Positions 43,457 through 53,995 of a DNA stretch of 64,000 bases are shown in pieces (position 1 is the first letter of the stretch; each line of letters begins with the position of its first letter). A program made the position numbers and the translations under genes. The notes beneath the pieces are model-generated. The model was not told the DNA's origin and did no database searches. It worked only from the letters and a program-made list of their open reading frames with translations. The DNA lies in IMG/VR virus record IMGVR_UViG_3300045988_085380, positions 96,001 to 160,000 of that record; one strand, written 5' to 3'. The stretch is from a virus.

Positions 43457-43491
43457 GCTACTCTGAACGGGGTAGCTCTTTTTATTTATTT

Positions 43492-43878
43492 ATGTTAGAG
43501 CCAAAGAAAATTAACCTAGAGAATGCTTATAGAGGTAGCTTAGAAGTACAAAAAAGAGATATTCTGAGTAACTTCCGTTTTGAACAAGTAGCTATGATTA
43601 TGGCTTCCCCATGTTTACCTATTTATAAGAACGAAGAGGATAAGCCAGAAATCATTGGATATGAACCTTGGAAGATATTTACAGGGTATGAACTCAGAGT
43701 ACCTAGTATTTACGATTTGTATTGTTGTGCAGAAAGATTACTTGATGATGTAATTAAAGAAGTACATAAAAATCCTAAAAGTAATTATCAAAGTATAGCT
43801 TCAGGTCCATTTAAAGTAACTTATTTATATGGTAATTTAACTCTTGATTTCGTAGTAGAATCATGGGGAAATTATTAA
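43492..43878 (+). CDS. hypothetical protein
   Basis: Intact 128-aa ORF. Confidence 0.55.
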   Translation: MLEPKKINLENAYRGSLEVQKRDILSNFRFEQVAMIMASPCLPIYKNEEDKPEIIGYEPWKIFTGYELRVPSIYDLYCCAERLLDDVIKEVHKNPKSNYQSIASGPFKVTYLYGNLTLDFVVESWGNY

Positions 43879-44282
43879 CCATATATACAGATGGAGCTTG
43901 TCAAGTATCTACAGGTAATGGAGGTGTTGGAGTTGTATTTATTAAAGATAATAAAGTAATTTATCAATTTAATAAACACTTCAAAAATGTAACTAATAAT
44001 CAAATGGAAATAATGGCGGTTATTTATGCTCTACATGCTATTAGTACAAATTTTGATTCTATTACTGTAGTATCTGATTCACAATACGTTTTAGGATGTA
44101 TAAATAAAGGATGGAAACGCAAGAAGAATCAGAATTATTGGCAGTTATTTGATAAAGTATATAATATAGCTAAAAAGTTTTGTTCAGATATAAAATTTGA
44201 ATGGACTAAAGGACATAATATAGATGAGTATAATAATCTAGCAGATAGATTGGCTGTGGAAGCTAGTCACTTTGCAGATTAG
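43863..44282 (+). CDS. rnhA: ribonuclease HI (TAG-terminated)
   Basis: IYTDGAC, NNQMEIMAV, VSDSQYV, KGHNIDEYNNLADRLA (DEDD plus H). Confidence 0.85.
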   Translation: MGKLLTIYTDGACQVSTGNGGVGVVFIKDNKVIYQFNKHFKNVTNNQMEIMAVIYALHAISTNFDSITVVSDSQYVLGCINKGWKRKKNQNYWQLFDKVYNIAKKFCSDIKFEWTKGHNIDEYNNLADRLAVEASHFAD

Positions 44283-44546
44283 TTAGATTACAATTAAATA
44301 TTCTAATTAATTTGGAAATGAAAGCAAAGCATAAGCGTGAGTGGTTACAGATGAAGCAGAATTGGTGGTCAAAATTACCAGCTTCAGTACAGAAGGCGAC
44401 AACTAAACCAGGTTCAGTAAAGACTCGATGATTATCTTAATTATTGTTTTAATATGTCTTATATTATTAAATCCTTATATAGACGTACAACAAGATAAGA
44501 TAATTATTTGGTATAATTGGTTTACTGAAAGAAAATATTATATTTT

Positions 44547-44774
44547 ATGGAAACCCCAAAATTCTTGAGAAAGTATAAATTGGTTTTTAAAGTTATTAAA
44601 TATGTCATTGGTTTTATAGCTATGATGTACTTAATAAGTATGTGTACTTATTTAATTAGTAGTGAGAGTACATTTTGTTGCATTATGGGTATACTAATAT
44701 TAGCAACTATTGCTGTGTTAGTAGTTACCCTAATTTCCGAAAATATTAATAAATTAAAAAGTTTATTTAAATGA
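44547..44774 (+). CDS. small membrane protein
   Basis: Two TM helices. Confidence 0.5.
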   Translation: METPKFLRKYKLVFKVIKYVIGFIAMMYLISMCTYLISSESTFCCIMGILILATIAVLVVTLISENINKLKSLFK

Positions 44775-45550
44775 GAAAAGTCTTTTTATTTGCGAGTGCT
44801 TTAATGTTGTCATTAAGTTTCACTAGTTGTGAACGTATTGATGCTGGTTGCGAAGGTATCTTAGTTAATCTCTATGGCTCTGAAAGAGGTGTAGATGATG
44901 TATCTATGGTAACTGGACGAGTATTCTATAACCCAGCTACTCAGGAAGTATATGAGTATCCTACTTATGTTCAGACTATTGACTATGAACCATTTACAAT
45001 TAATGCTAAGGATGGTTCTGAATTTAAAGTTGATCCAAATGTCAATCTTAAAGTTAAGGACGGTGCCGCTCCAAAGGTATTTCGTAAGTATCGCAAAGAA
45101 TTAACTGATGTAATTAATGGTCCCGTATTTAAGTATGTAAAGGATGCTTGCCGTATTGAGATTAATAAATTTACTACAGACCAGATTGTGTCAAATCGTG
45201 AAGCTGTAGAACAGGCAATTGAGAAGCGTCTTTCTAAACTTCTTGATAAGGAAGGATTTGTGCTTGACCAGTTTACTAGTGGTTTGCAATATCCTAAGAC
45301 TATTGTAGATGCTGTAGATGCTAAGAATAGAGCTATTCAGTTGGCACAGAAAGCAGCCAATGAGGTGCAAGTAGCTGAGGCAGAAGCAAAGAAGAAGATT
45401 GTAGTAGCTGAAGCAGAAGCTAAAGCTAATGCCATTGTGAATGCTTCTCTTACACCATTACTTCTTAAGAAGCAGTGGATTGAAAAATGGTCTGGAGATC
45501 TTCCTAAGGTTACTGGTAATTCATCAACATTAGTAGGACTTGATAAATAA
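44771..45550 (+). CDS. SPFH/band-7 (prohibitin-like) lipoprotein
   Basis: Lipobox LSFTSC; SPFH-like core; AEAEAKKKIVVAEAEAKANAI tail. Confidence 0.7.
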   Translation: MRKVFLFASALMLSLSFTSCERIDAGCEGILVNLYGSERGVDDVSMVTGRVFYNPATQEVYEYPTYVQTIDYEPFTINAKDGSEFKVDPNVNLKVKDGAAPKVFRKYRKELTDVINGPVFKYVKDACRIEINKFTTDQIVSNREAVEQAIEKRLSKLLDKEGFVLDQFTSGLQYPKTIVDAVDAKNRAIQLAQKAANEVQVAEAEAKKKIVVAEAEAKANAIVNASLTPLLLKKQWIEKWSGDLPKVTGNSSTLVGLDK

Positions 45551-45555
45551 TTGTT

Positions 45556-45810
45556 ATGTTTGGTTTATTTATATTCTGTTTAGTTGTGGCAGCTATTGAA
45601 TTTATGCTTGTCATAGATTTAAAGCCAAAGATAGGTATACCTCTCTATGTATTTATAATAGCATTACTAATACTGTTTGTTCCCGGACTTAATATCATAG
45701 AGGTAGTAATATCTGGTGTATTATTAACTATGGCTTGTCATAATGGTTATGATTTAGCAGGCTCTAATCCAGTTTCTAAATTCTTCAAAATGCTTAACCG
45801 AGATATTTAA
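45556..45810 (+). CDS. small membrane protein
   Basis: Three hydrophobic segments. Confidence 0.5.
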   Translation: MFGLFIFCLVVAAIEFMLVIDLKPKIGIPLYVFIIALLILFVPGLNIIEVVISGVLLTMACHNGYDLAGSNPVSKFFKMLNRDI

Positions 45811-46086
45811 ATGATAATTCAAGGTAATTTTTATCGAATTGAACCAATAAATGATAATTCTCCATTATGGGATTTGTATTTGCTTAGAAAAGTAAATAGT
45901 AAAACTAATCCTAGAGAAGAATTTCAATTAGAGGGCTATGGTATGCCTTTAGATTCTGCTATTGGTAGAATAATTAGATATGCTATTAATAGCAAATATG
46001 GAAAAGATGAGATTACGACCTTGAAAGAATATTTAAATGTTTTTAAACAAATTCAAGAGGAGATCTATAAAGAAGTCGGAAGATAA
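45811..46086 (+). CDS. hypothetical protein
   Basis: Intact 91-aa ORF. Confidence 0.5.
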   Translation: MIIQGNFYRIEPINDNSPLWDLYLLRKVNSKTNPREEFQLEGYGMPLDSAIGRIIRYAINSKYGKDEITTLKEYLNVFKQIQEEIYKEVGR

Positions 46087-46546
46087 TTACTTAGACCTAT
46101 TTAATAAAATAAATAGTTTGTGTGATTGTTTAAATACAATATATCATACAAACTCTGGAGGTTGTTGTTATGTAGCCTATGTAATAGCAGAAATACTTGA
46201 AAGAGAGGGTATCCCGTTTGAAGTATTAGTTTCAGAACCTTGCTATGAAGATGATGGTTATCCTGATGATTTTGAGGATTTAAATGATTCAGTATATCAT
46301 ATATGTCTAGAGGCTAAACCTATTAAGGATACATATAGAATCAATGTTGGTACATATAGTGATGAAGAGTATTTTTATTATAGTAATGTAACTTCACAAG
46401 ATATATACAACTTCTATATAAATAATATTTGGAACTCTTTTTATGAAATTGCTAAAAATAAGTTTATTAAGTATATAATTAATTTAATATATGATAACTT
46501 CAGTAGCGATTTACGAGAAGGACGGTCAAATAGTTCAAACACATAA
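46037..46546 (+). CDS. hypothetical protein (possible Cys/His hydrolase fold; speculative)
   Basis: GGCCYVAYVIAE...VYHICLE. Confidence 0.45.
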   Translation: MFLNKFKRRSIKKSEDNYLDLFNKINSLCDCLNTIYHTNSGGCCYVAYVIAEILEREGIPFEVLVSEPCYEDDGYPDDFEDLNDSVYHICLEAKPIKDTYRINVGTYSDEEYFYYSNVTSQDIYNFYINNIWNSFYEIAKNKFIKYIINLIYDNFSSDLREGRSNSSNT

Positions 46547-46769
46547 TTCTTTTATTTATGAAGATTCTATCTATAAGGTATTTAAAGGTGGAATTTCTTT
46601 ATTTGAAGAAAAACAATATAGTACTAATAAACCTTTAAAACTTAAAAAGAAAGACTTTATAAATAGGAAGAAAAAAGCAGATGAGTATTTTATTAGATTT
46701 TTAACTCTGGAATTTGCTCCAGAATCCTACTTAATTAAAGAGGGTTACACACTAATTAATAGTAAATGA
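46491..46769 (+). CDS. hypothetical protein
   Basis: Intact 92-aa ORF; 56-nt overlap with the upstream gene. Confidence 0.4.
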   Translation: MITSVAIYEKDGQIVQTHNSFIYEDSIYKVFKGGISLFEEKQYSTNKPLKLKKKDFINRKKKADEYFIRFLTLEFAPESYLIKEGYTLINSK

Positions 46770-47320
46770 AAATGAAGAAAGAAATTGCTAGTTATAAGCT
46801 TGGTCAGTTTGTTGATTTTAAGGATGTTGAAAGATTGATAGTTGCTTGTGCTGTAAGTATGCCAGTGAAGGAGGGTCTTACTGCAACTTGGAATATTCCA
46901 GGTGTTGAGGATTCTTTTGAAATTGTACGAGCTGTATCTATCGGCATTGCAGTATATAATCCAGAAGATGAGTTCAATCTCACTTTTGGTAAGGAACAAG
47001 CTTATAAGAAGGCTCTTGCAGGAGATCCTTGTTGGTTTATTGGTAAAGGTGGTGTAATTACTAAAGAGTGTATTGATGCACTTTTGACAGAGAAAATTGA
47101 TCACTTTACTAAGAATCCTGAGATAGTCATTAAGGACTATAATGCTAACAAGGCTAAATATGAGAAGATTCAGGAAGAGAAAGAGTACATTCAGAATGCT
47201 TCTCCTGAAGAACAAGCGATATTAACTTTAATGTCTAAAGGTGTAGATGTGCAGGGAGTTCTTGATAAGACAAAGACTCTAGTAGATGCAATTGAGAACG
47301 GTTCTAGCCTGGTTGATTAA
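46766..47320 (+). CDS. hypothetical protein
   Basis: Intact 184-aa ORF. Confidence 0.6.
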   Translation: MKMKKEIASYKLGQFVDFKDVERLIVACAVSMPVKEGLTATWNIPGVEDSFEIVRAVSIGIAVYNPEDEFNLTFGKEQAYKKALAGDPCWFIGKGGVITKECIDALLTEKIDHFTKNPEIVIKDYNANKAKYEKIQEEKEYIQNASPEEQAILTLMSKGVDVQGVLDKTKTLVDAIENGSSLVD

Positions 47321-47603
47321 GCTATTTATAATTGTAGGAATCATATTTATAATTGTACGTATAGAACAATTAAATAACAATGTACAGAGTATCCCTTCTA
47401 ATAAAGAAATAATTAGAGATTCTTTAGTTAGGGACACTCTGAATCACACTAAAGATTCCTTAACAATTAAAATAGTAAAAATAAGAGAGACGTATGAAGA
47501 TAAGAAAGCTATTATTATGTCTAATGATACTTCTGCCGACATACAGTTTTTCACAAACTACATCAACCATTACAATAACTCCGGAACAACTAAAAACAAC
47601 TAA
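47286..47603 (+). CDS. hypothetical membrane-anchored protein (3' end overlaps the next gene by 110 nt)
   Basis: TM segment LFIIVGIIFIIV; the overlap lowers confidence. Confidence 0.35.
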   Translation: MQLRTVLAWLIKLFIIVGIIFIIVRIEQLNNNVQSIPSNKEIIRDSLVRDTLNHTKDSLTIKIVKIRETYEDKKAIIMSNDTSADIQFFTNYINHYNNSGTTKNN

Positions 47604-47862
47604 TCTTATATTTCTAGAGCATGAGAAATATACAAAAGAAGTTCCATTATTAAATAAGAAGATTGAAACACTAGAAGAGATAAATAAATCTTGGTTACAT
47701 ACTGATTCTATAAGAAGAATTAACGAAAAACAGTATAATACTATTATTAAAAAGGATAGTATTAAAATAACACAATTACAAAGTTCACACAAAAAATATA
47801 AAGTTGTAACTAAGATTAGTATAATATTAAATATCATTCTTGCATGCCTATTGGTAAAGTAA
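47494..47862 (+). CDS. secreted/membrane protein
   Basis: Signal peptide MKIRKLLLCLMILLPTYSFSQ; C-terminal TM segment. Confidence 0.55.
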   Translation: MKIRKLLLCLMILLPTYSFSQTTSTITITPEQLKTTNLIFLEHEKYTKEVPLLNKKIETLEEINKSWLHTDSIRRINEKQYNTIIKKDSIKITQLQSSHKKYKVVTKISIILNIILACLLVK

Positions 47863-48017
47863 ACTATAAAGACCCAAATGGATTAACTTATAAACATCCA
47901 GAAAGAAGTTGTAAAAGATGTTTAAAATATCCATGTATAGCTAATATGGATAAGTTATATAGTGATTTTGCTAAATATGGGTGTAAGCACTTTGATGATA
48001 TGAATGTGTTTCATTAA
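47844..48017 (+). CDS. small Cys-containing protein (57 aa)
   Basis: CKRCLKYPC...GC; its stop overlaps the next ATG (TAATG). Confidence 0.4.
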   Translation: MPIGKVNYKDPNGLTYKHPERSCKRCLKYPCIANMDKLYSDFAKYGCKHFDDMNVFH

Positions 48018-48334
48018 TGGAGCAAATAACAATTCATGCTAAACTAGTTGCGAAACAAATAGATGGAATGGGATATACTAATTATGTATTTGAAGACTTA
48101 AATCCTAAAGATGAAGACTTTAGATATATAATGTGTGTCCGATTTCCTAATTGGGAGCAAAAAAGTATCGAAATTGATGAAATTGGATATTTAAATATAA
48201 GATATGTAGAAGGGGGAAAAGATACATGGTTTGATGGTCAGAACCTAATACCTTATAAATATACTAATGTCATATTTCTCAAGTTTATTGAGGATAAACC
48301 TAAAGTTGATATAAGTGAAATTATTTTAGATTAA
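48017..48334 (+). CDS. hypothetical protein
   Basis: Intact 105-aa ORF. Confidence 0.55.
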   Translation: MEQITIHAKLVAKQIDGMGYTNYVFEDLNPKDEDFRYIMCVRFPNWEQKSIEIDEIGYLNIRYVEGGKDTWFDGQNLIPYKYTNVIFLKFIEDKPKVDISEIILD

Positions 48335-48394
48335 ATTTATATTGTAGATTATTAATTATTAGATTACTATGAAACATTATTTGAATTTAATTAT

Positions 48395-49264
48395 ATGACA
48401 GTATTAGGAGATAAGCTTCAGGAAGCTATGAGTAAGAAGGCAAGTGATATTACTACTTATGTATGGAAGGGTCCAAAGGTTAATGGAGAGCAGCAGGAAA
48501 TCTTAATGATTGATGCCTCCTTTGATCAACTTAAAAAGTGGTATCGTCATTGTCAACAAATGCTTTATAATGAGGATTCTAAAAATCCAGGAAGAGTTAC
48601 CTTACTTGAGATTGTACAGGATCAAATTAATCGTTGTAGAGCAGAACTTCTTATAAGATGGCTCATGGCTGAGAAGCAGTATTCTAACACAAGATGTTTG
48701 GAAGATTTACGAAAAGTAATCAGTAACAATAAAGATACACTAACCCCGGAGGCTATTAAATCATTCCCTATTAGTAAGGTAATGGATGGTCTTCCTATCG
48801 ATTATCAGCAAGTACCTATTAAATTGGTAATGGATGCTTGTCTCGACCTTTTAGGAATTTTTGACAATAGTCATATCACACTTAACTTTATTCTTAAAAT
48901 GGGTCTGTGGTTTACACCACGTGAAATGCAAAAGGATTTGTATCGTAAAGACCCAGAAACTGGTAAAGCTAGAAATCGTCTTGATGTAGTTAAGGAAGAA
49001 CTTAGAATTAGTTTGAGACCTAATCAGTATTTACGTATTTGTGATACTGGTTTGTCTTATACTGAGTTTAAGGCAATCTATATGTTGCAGAGAGATAAAT
49101 ATTCTAACTTAACTAGTGAGCAGCTTAAGTTACTTTCTAATAAAATTCTGTATCGTTTTCAGATTCAGTGTGAAGAGCAAGCTAAACAATGGCTTACTAA
49201 GATAGATGAAATTAATAAGGTTGCTGCAGATAAGGGTTGGGATGTAACACGTGCTGACTTGTAA
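48395..49264 (+). CDS. hypothetical protein
   Basis: Intact 289-aa ORF heading the replication module. Confidence 0.6.
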   Translation: MTVLGDKLQEAMSKKASDITTYVWKGPKVNGEQQEILMIDASFDQLKKWYRHCQQMLYNEDSKNPGRVTLLEIVQDQINRCRAELLIRWLMAEKQYSNTRCLEDLRKVISNNKDTLTPEAIKSFPISKVMDGLPIDYQQVPIKLVMDACLDLLGIFDNSHITLNFILKMGLWFTPREMQKDLYRKDPETGKARNRLDVVKEELRISLRPNQYLRICDTGLSYTEFKAIYMLQRDKYSNLTSEQLKLLSNKILYRFQIQCEEQAKQWLTKIDEINKVAADKGWDVTRADL

Positions 49265-49307
49265 TAAGTTAGCATATTAGTAAAAAATATTATTATAAGT
49301 GCCAGTA

Positions 49308-50582
49308 ATGCACGATTTATTTGAGCCTATCTCTCGAGATGAAAGGCAGGCTCAAGCACTTAAAGCTTGGATTAAAGCTAAAGGACACGGGACTATTGTA
49401 GGATGCACTGGTTTTGGTAAGACTTGGGTAGCTATGAATGCTATAACTAAATTACGATCAAAATATCCTACAATGTCAGTACTAGTGGTAGTACCTTTTG
49501 ATAACTTAAAAGAACAATGGTCTAAAGAACTTGACGAGAGAGGTTTGGGATTTAATACTGATGTAAGAGTAATGATGGGAGCATCTAAAAAGGAATGGTC
49601 TTGTGATTTACTAATTATTGATGAAGCCCATAAAATCAATAGTGAAGTTCTTAGTAATGTTCTTACAAATACTAAGTTTAAATTGATACTTGGTTTAACT
49701 GCTACTTTTGAAAGACTGGATGGAAGACATGAAATTTTAGCTAAATATGCTCCAGTTGTAGACACTATAACTATGGAGGATGCTCTCTTTAATGGGTGGG
49801 TAGCTAAATATAAAGACTATGTAGTTGTTATTGATGTCCTCGATATTGATGTTTATCAGAGATATAATAAAGAATTTAATGAACACTTTGAATTCTTTCA
49901 ATGGGACTTCAACAAGGTTATGTCTATGACAGGTAAAAATGGTTTTACTAATAGATGGCAATATTGTAAGGATACCTATCCTGATGATTATGCTATGCAA
50001 AAGGACTATTTAAAATCTGTCACATTTCATGCTATGGGTTTTATGAAAACTATGCAGTCTAGAAAGAAGTTTGTACAAAATCATCCTGAAAAAATAAGAA
50101 TAGCTAAAGAGATAATTAAGTACAGAAGTGATAAGAAGATTGTTACTTTTAATGCTAATACCACTATGGCTGAAGCATATAAAGAGGGATATGTTTATAC
50201 TGGTAAAGAAGGTAAAAAGAAGAATAGAATAACACTAGAAGAGTTCTCTAAAATGCCCAGCGGAATATTAAACAGCTGCAAGATGGCAATTGAAGGTTTA
50301 AATGTACCTGATTTATCAGTAGGTATACAAACTGGTATAGATAGTAGTAAAACTAAAGCTGTACAGTCTCTTGGAAGAGTAGTACGATTAGCAAAGGGTA
50401 AACTAGGTGCTGAATTTTTTACATTAGTAATTAATGATACTGTAGAAACTAAATGGATGCAAAATGCCAAAAAGGATTCTAGGATTGAAATTATTGATGT
50501 AGAGAATTTAATGCACGTTCTTAAAGGAGAGCCATACGAGCTTTATAAAAGAAAGATTAAGAATTTTACATTTAGGTTTTAA
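49308..50582 (+). CDS. superfamily 2 DNA helicase (DEAH box)
   Basis: GCTGFGKT (motif I), LIIDEAHK (II), GLTATF (III), QSLGRVVR (VI). Confidence 0.8.
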   Translation: MHDLFEPISRDERQAQALKAWIKAKGHGTIVGCTGFGKTWVAMNAITKLRSKYPTMSVLVVVPFDNLKEQWSKELDERGLGFNTDVRVMMGASKKEWSCDLLIIDEAHKINSEVLSNVLTNTKFKLILGLTATFERLDGRHEILAKYAPVVDTITMEDALFNGWVAKYKDYVVVIDVLDIDVYQRYNKEFNEHFEFFQWDFNKVMSMTGKNGFTNRWQYCKDTYPDDYAMQKDYLKSVTFHAMGFMKTMQSRKKFVQNHPEKIRIAKEIIKYRSDKKIVTFNANTTMAEAYKEGYVYTGKEGKKKNRITLEEFSKMPSGILNSCKMAIEGLNVPDLSVGIQTGIDSSKTKAVQSLGRVVRLAKGKLGAEFFTLVINDTVETKWMQNAKKDSRIEIIDVENLMHVLKGEPYELYKRKIKNFTFRF

Positions 50583-50592
50583 GACATTAGAA

Positions 50593-50778
50593 ATGGAAAT
50601 GTATTACACAAAGCGAGAGTATAATCAAATGAAAAATACTCTTACTAGTGAGAATAAGCGTTTGAAGAAGCAGATTGAAAAGCTTCAGAAGAAAGTAAAG
50701 GAATTAGAATACACTAAAGAGGTAGTATTCGAACCAGATTTTGAAATGAATCCAGTAGTAGAAGAGACTATTGGATAG
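50593..50778 (+). CDS. small coiled-coil protein (TAG-terminated)
   Basis: Intact 61-aa ORF. Confidence 0.45.
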   Translation: MEMYYTKREYNQMKNTLTSENKRLKKQIEKLQKKVKELEYTKEVVFEPDFEMNPVVEETIG

Positions 50779-50867
50779 ATAAGTCTATAATATTCACGTA
50801 ACTAGACTCTAAAGCTATAACAAGTATTATAAGTCTAGTGTTAACTATCTAAATATGTTAATTATAC

Positions 50868-51473
50868 GTGAAGAATTTAGAACTGAAACAGCAACTTGTA
50901 TTTTGTGAAAAATATAAAATTGATGCAAATCAATTATTGTTGCTAGAAATTATTCTCATCGCTCAAGAGGGTGACGATGCAGAACTTGTCCAGCTTTATT
51001 TTCAATCAGAGGCAAAGGGAAGCCTATTGGAACAATTAATTAGATTACAAGAAGTAGGAGTAATATTAAAGTCTTATAAGTTACCTAAAAAAGGTGAACG
51101 ATTAGATTTATTTAGTATTCCTATTAATAGAAATCTTGTAAAAGACTTTTATAAGTGTTCTTTTGAATTAGGTAAAGAACTATTTGAAGAATATCCTCAA
51201 TTCGGTTTTATCAATGGGAATCCAGTTGGTATACGTAGTGTTTCTAAGAAGTTTGATAGTCTAGAAGACTTTTATCGTTTCTATGGAAAGACTATTAGGT
51301 GGAAACAGGAAACTCATGACCATATTATAGAATTAGTTAAATGGGCTCGAGAGAATAATATTCTCTGTGTAAGTCTGTGTAACTTTGTAATAGATCATAG
51401 ATGGGATGAATTAGAAGCACTTCGTAATGGAGATTTAGCTAATACTAATTTTGATGCTATTAAGGTTGTATAA
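50868..51473 (+). CDS. hypothetical protein (replication-module position; GTG start)
   Basis: Intact 201-aa ORF upstream of the helicase. Confidence 0.5.
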   Translation: MKNLELKQQLVFCEKYKIDANQLLLLEIILIAQEGDDAELVQLYFQSEAKGSLLEQLIRLQEVGVILKSYKLPKKGERLDLFSIPINRNLVKDFYKCSFELGKELFEEYPQFGFINGNPVGIRSVSKKFDSLEDFYRFYGKTIRWKQETHDHIIELVKWARENNILCVSLCNFVIDHRWDELEALRNGDLANTNFDAIKVV

Positions 51474-51482
51474 TTAAATATT

Positions 51483-52616
51483 ATGGCAGAGAAAATTAGT
51501 GGTTTAGAGGAATTCTTTCAATTAGTTAAAGAAGGAAGAGAAGGACACAATATAGGACTTAGTACAGGTTCACCTAAGTTAGACTTATATACTGATGGAG
51601 TTCTTCCAGGTACCTCTTATTTAATAGGAGGTGCTTCAGGCAGTGGTAAATCTACCTGGGCACTCTGGACTTATGTATATCAACCATTAATACATTATTT
51701 AAATGGGGATAGTCCAGAAAGAGACCCTAGATGGTTATTATTCTCACTAGAGATGACTCGTAGTCAAGTATATGCTAAATTAGTTAGTATGTACATATTT
51801 GACAATTATGGAGTTGAATTGCGATTTAAGCAGATATTCTCTAGAGGAAAGGACTGCGTATTGTCTGATGAAGAATATGAACTCTTAGTTAAGAGTTCTG
51901 AATTTATCAAAATTCTTGATGAAAGATTATCTTTTTATGAAGGTAGTCTTACAGAAGCAGTTTATTTAAAGGAGGTAAATGAGGAATTATTGAAATGGGG
52001 TAAATTTGAGAATGGTAAATACATTCCAAATAATCCTAACATGTTTCTAGGTATTATGATTGACCATATGACCTTGGTAAAGGCAAGTGGCGGTCGAACT
52101 AAGAAAGATGAAATTGATGCAATTTCTAGAGATTCTGTTCAAATCAGAAATAATACTAAAATTGTATCTCCTATAATGATTTCTCAGTTTAATAGAAATG
52201 CTAATGGTCAAGAGAGAATGAAACAAGGTCTACAAGACCCGTCTATGGAGGACTATAAAGACAGTGGAGCATTACTTGAGGATTCACAAGTAGCTATAGG
52301 TTTATTTAGTCCACATAAATATAAATTATCTACTTATAAGAAATATAATATCAAGATACTAGAGCAGTGTTTTATTGGTGTATTTATCTTAAAGAGTAGA
52401 TTTGGTTCTTCTGACTTAATGATTCCTACTGGTTTTTATGGTGATTGTAGTCATTATGCAGATTTACCTAAACCTGAGAACATATTTGACTGGGAGAAAT
52501 ATACTAGTCCTAATTATTTATTAGAAGATGGTGTTCAGCAATTAAATGTTGAACTTAATAATATAGATGAGCCAAAAGAAATAGATAATAATTCAAATCT
52601 TTCATTTATATTATAA
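51483..52616 (+). CDS. DnaB-like replicative helicase (RecA-type C-terminal domain)
   Basis: Walker A GGASGSGKST; IMIDHMTLV; QFNR. Confidence 0.7.
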   Translation: MAEKISGLEEFFQLVKEGREGHNIGLSTGSPKLDLYTDGVLPGTSYLIGGASGSGKSTWALWTYVYQPLIHYLNGDSPERDPRWLLFSLEMTRSQVYAKLVSMYIFDNYGVELRFKQIFSRGKDCVLSDEEYELLVKSSEFIKILDERLSFYEGSLTEAVYLKEVNEELLKWGKFENGKYIPNNPNMFLGIMIDHMTLVKASGGRTKKDEIDAISRDSVQIRNNTKIVSPIMISQFNRNANGQERMKQGLQDPSMEDYKDSGALLEDSQVAIGLFSPHKYKLSTYKKYNIKILEQCFIGVFILKSRFGSSDLMIPTGFYGDCSHYADLPKPENIFDWEKYTSPNYLLEDGVQQLNVELNNIDEPKEIDNNSNLSFIL

Positions 52617-52620
52617 AAAT

Positions 52621-53316
52621 ATGTCAAATTTGGTGTGTTTAGCAGGTCTTTCAAATTCCGGAAAATCAACTAGCCTTCGTACTCTCGACCCAGAATCTAC
52701 ATTCATTATAAGTTGTACCAATAAACAGCTTCAAATTCCAGGATTTCGTAAGAAGTATCCTAAAGTAGCTATTAAAGATAAAAAGCTTATTGGCAATTGG
52801 TATGTTCAAAATAATTATACTAAGATTGAGAATGTATTACATATGATTTCTGATTCACGCCAAGATATAAAGGTAGTAGTTCTTGATGATTTAAATTATT
52901 TACTCTCAAATGAGACTTTTGAGAATGCTAGTATCAAGGGCTATGATAAATTTGTAACTATGGCTAAGAATTACTATGATTTGTTAACAGAGTGTCAACT
53001 TCTTAGAGATGATTTAACTATTGTAGTTATTTCTCATATAGAGAATTTTGGTACTGAACTAGATCCACAGTATAGATTGTGGACTACGGGCAAAATGTTG
53101 ATAAATCAGATAAATCTTGATGGTTTGTTCTCATATATTATTTATTCTGAGCGGTATGTGGATGATGTAGATGGGGAAGTACATTATCGTTTTAAAACTA
53201 GAACAGATGGTAATGATACTTGTAGAAGTGTGGCAGGCTGTTTTGATGAAAAATATATTGAGCCTGATATGAAACTAGTTATAGATACTATCAATGCATT
53301 TGAAAACGAAGATTAA
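52621..53316 (+). CDS. Sak4-like/AAA_24-type phage ATPase
   Basis: Walker A GLSNSGKST; Walker B VVVLDDLN. Confidence 0.6.
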   Translation: MSNLVCLAGLSNSGKSTSLRTLDPESTFIISCTNKQLQIPGFRKKYPKVAIKDKKLIGNWYVQNNYTKIENVLHMISDSRQDIKVVVLDDLNYLLSNETFENASIKGYDKFVTMAKNYYDLLTECQLLRDDLTIVVISHIENFGTELDPQYRLWTTGKMLINQINLDGLFSYIIYSERYVDDVDGEVHYRFKTRTDGNDTCRSVAGCFDEKYIEPDMKLVIDTINAFENED

Positions 53317-53353
53317 GACTATTTAACTAACTAATTAACTAATTATTGAATAT

Positions 53354-53914
53354 ATGAAGCTAGACATTGTAATGCACTATTCTGTTGATGAAACTACAGG
53401 AGAAATCGTTTTTCTTGGTAAAGATGAGATTAAGGTAGACACTGCTAAGAAAACTACTACTTCTAGAAAGAGTTCTACTAAGAAAGACGAAAATCCTGAG
53501 CCTATTGTAACACTTGATTCTACTAAATTAACGCTTACCCAAGGAGCAGTTGATTTATTACAAGTCTGTGAAGACTGTCGTATAGACATCAAGTATGATA
53601 AGAAGGGCAAGCAGTTGCTTCCAAAGATTGGAACAGATGCTGCTTTTAAGTCTAAGGGAGGTAATTTACTTTCAAGTAAGAATACTGTAAGATACGGAGG
53701 TGCTAATAATAAGAAGTTAGCAGAATATGGCACTACCTTTAAAATGGAACCAACTGAAGATGATGGCATTTATTGGCTTGTAGGAGACAAAATGCCTGAA
53801 GAACAAGAGGTTCCAAAAGAGTTAGTTAATATTGAGGATGAACTTGATATAACTAACTTGGATGCTATAGAAGAGGAATCTACAGACTTATCTAGTCTGA
53901 GTTATACTCTCTAA
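53354..53914 (+). CDS. hypothetical protein with acidic C-terminus
   Basis: Intact 186-aa ORF. Confidence 0.5.
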   Translation: MKLDIVMHYSVDETTGEIVFLGKDEIKVDTAKKTTTSRKSSTKKDENPEPIVTLDSTKLTLTQGAVDLLQVCEDCRIDIKYDKKGKQLLPKIGTDAAFKSKGGNLLSSKNTVRYGGANNKKLAEYGTTFKMEPTEDDGIYWLVGDKMPEEQEVPKELVNIEDELDITNLDAIEEESTDLSSLSYTL

Positions 53915-53995
53915 TAAAATAGAGTTAATTAAATATATTAGATAACATTAATTTATTAGATTATGATTACTTAAATTTTGAAAATTATATAATAT

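Noticed and set aside
47286-47862. 110-nt overlap of 47286..47603 and 47494..47862 as a programmed frameshift
   Set aside because: There is no slippery heptamer or downstream structure at a plausible site. The second ORF has its own signal peptide at its ATG, so this is more likely simple overlap or an over-extended first ORF.
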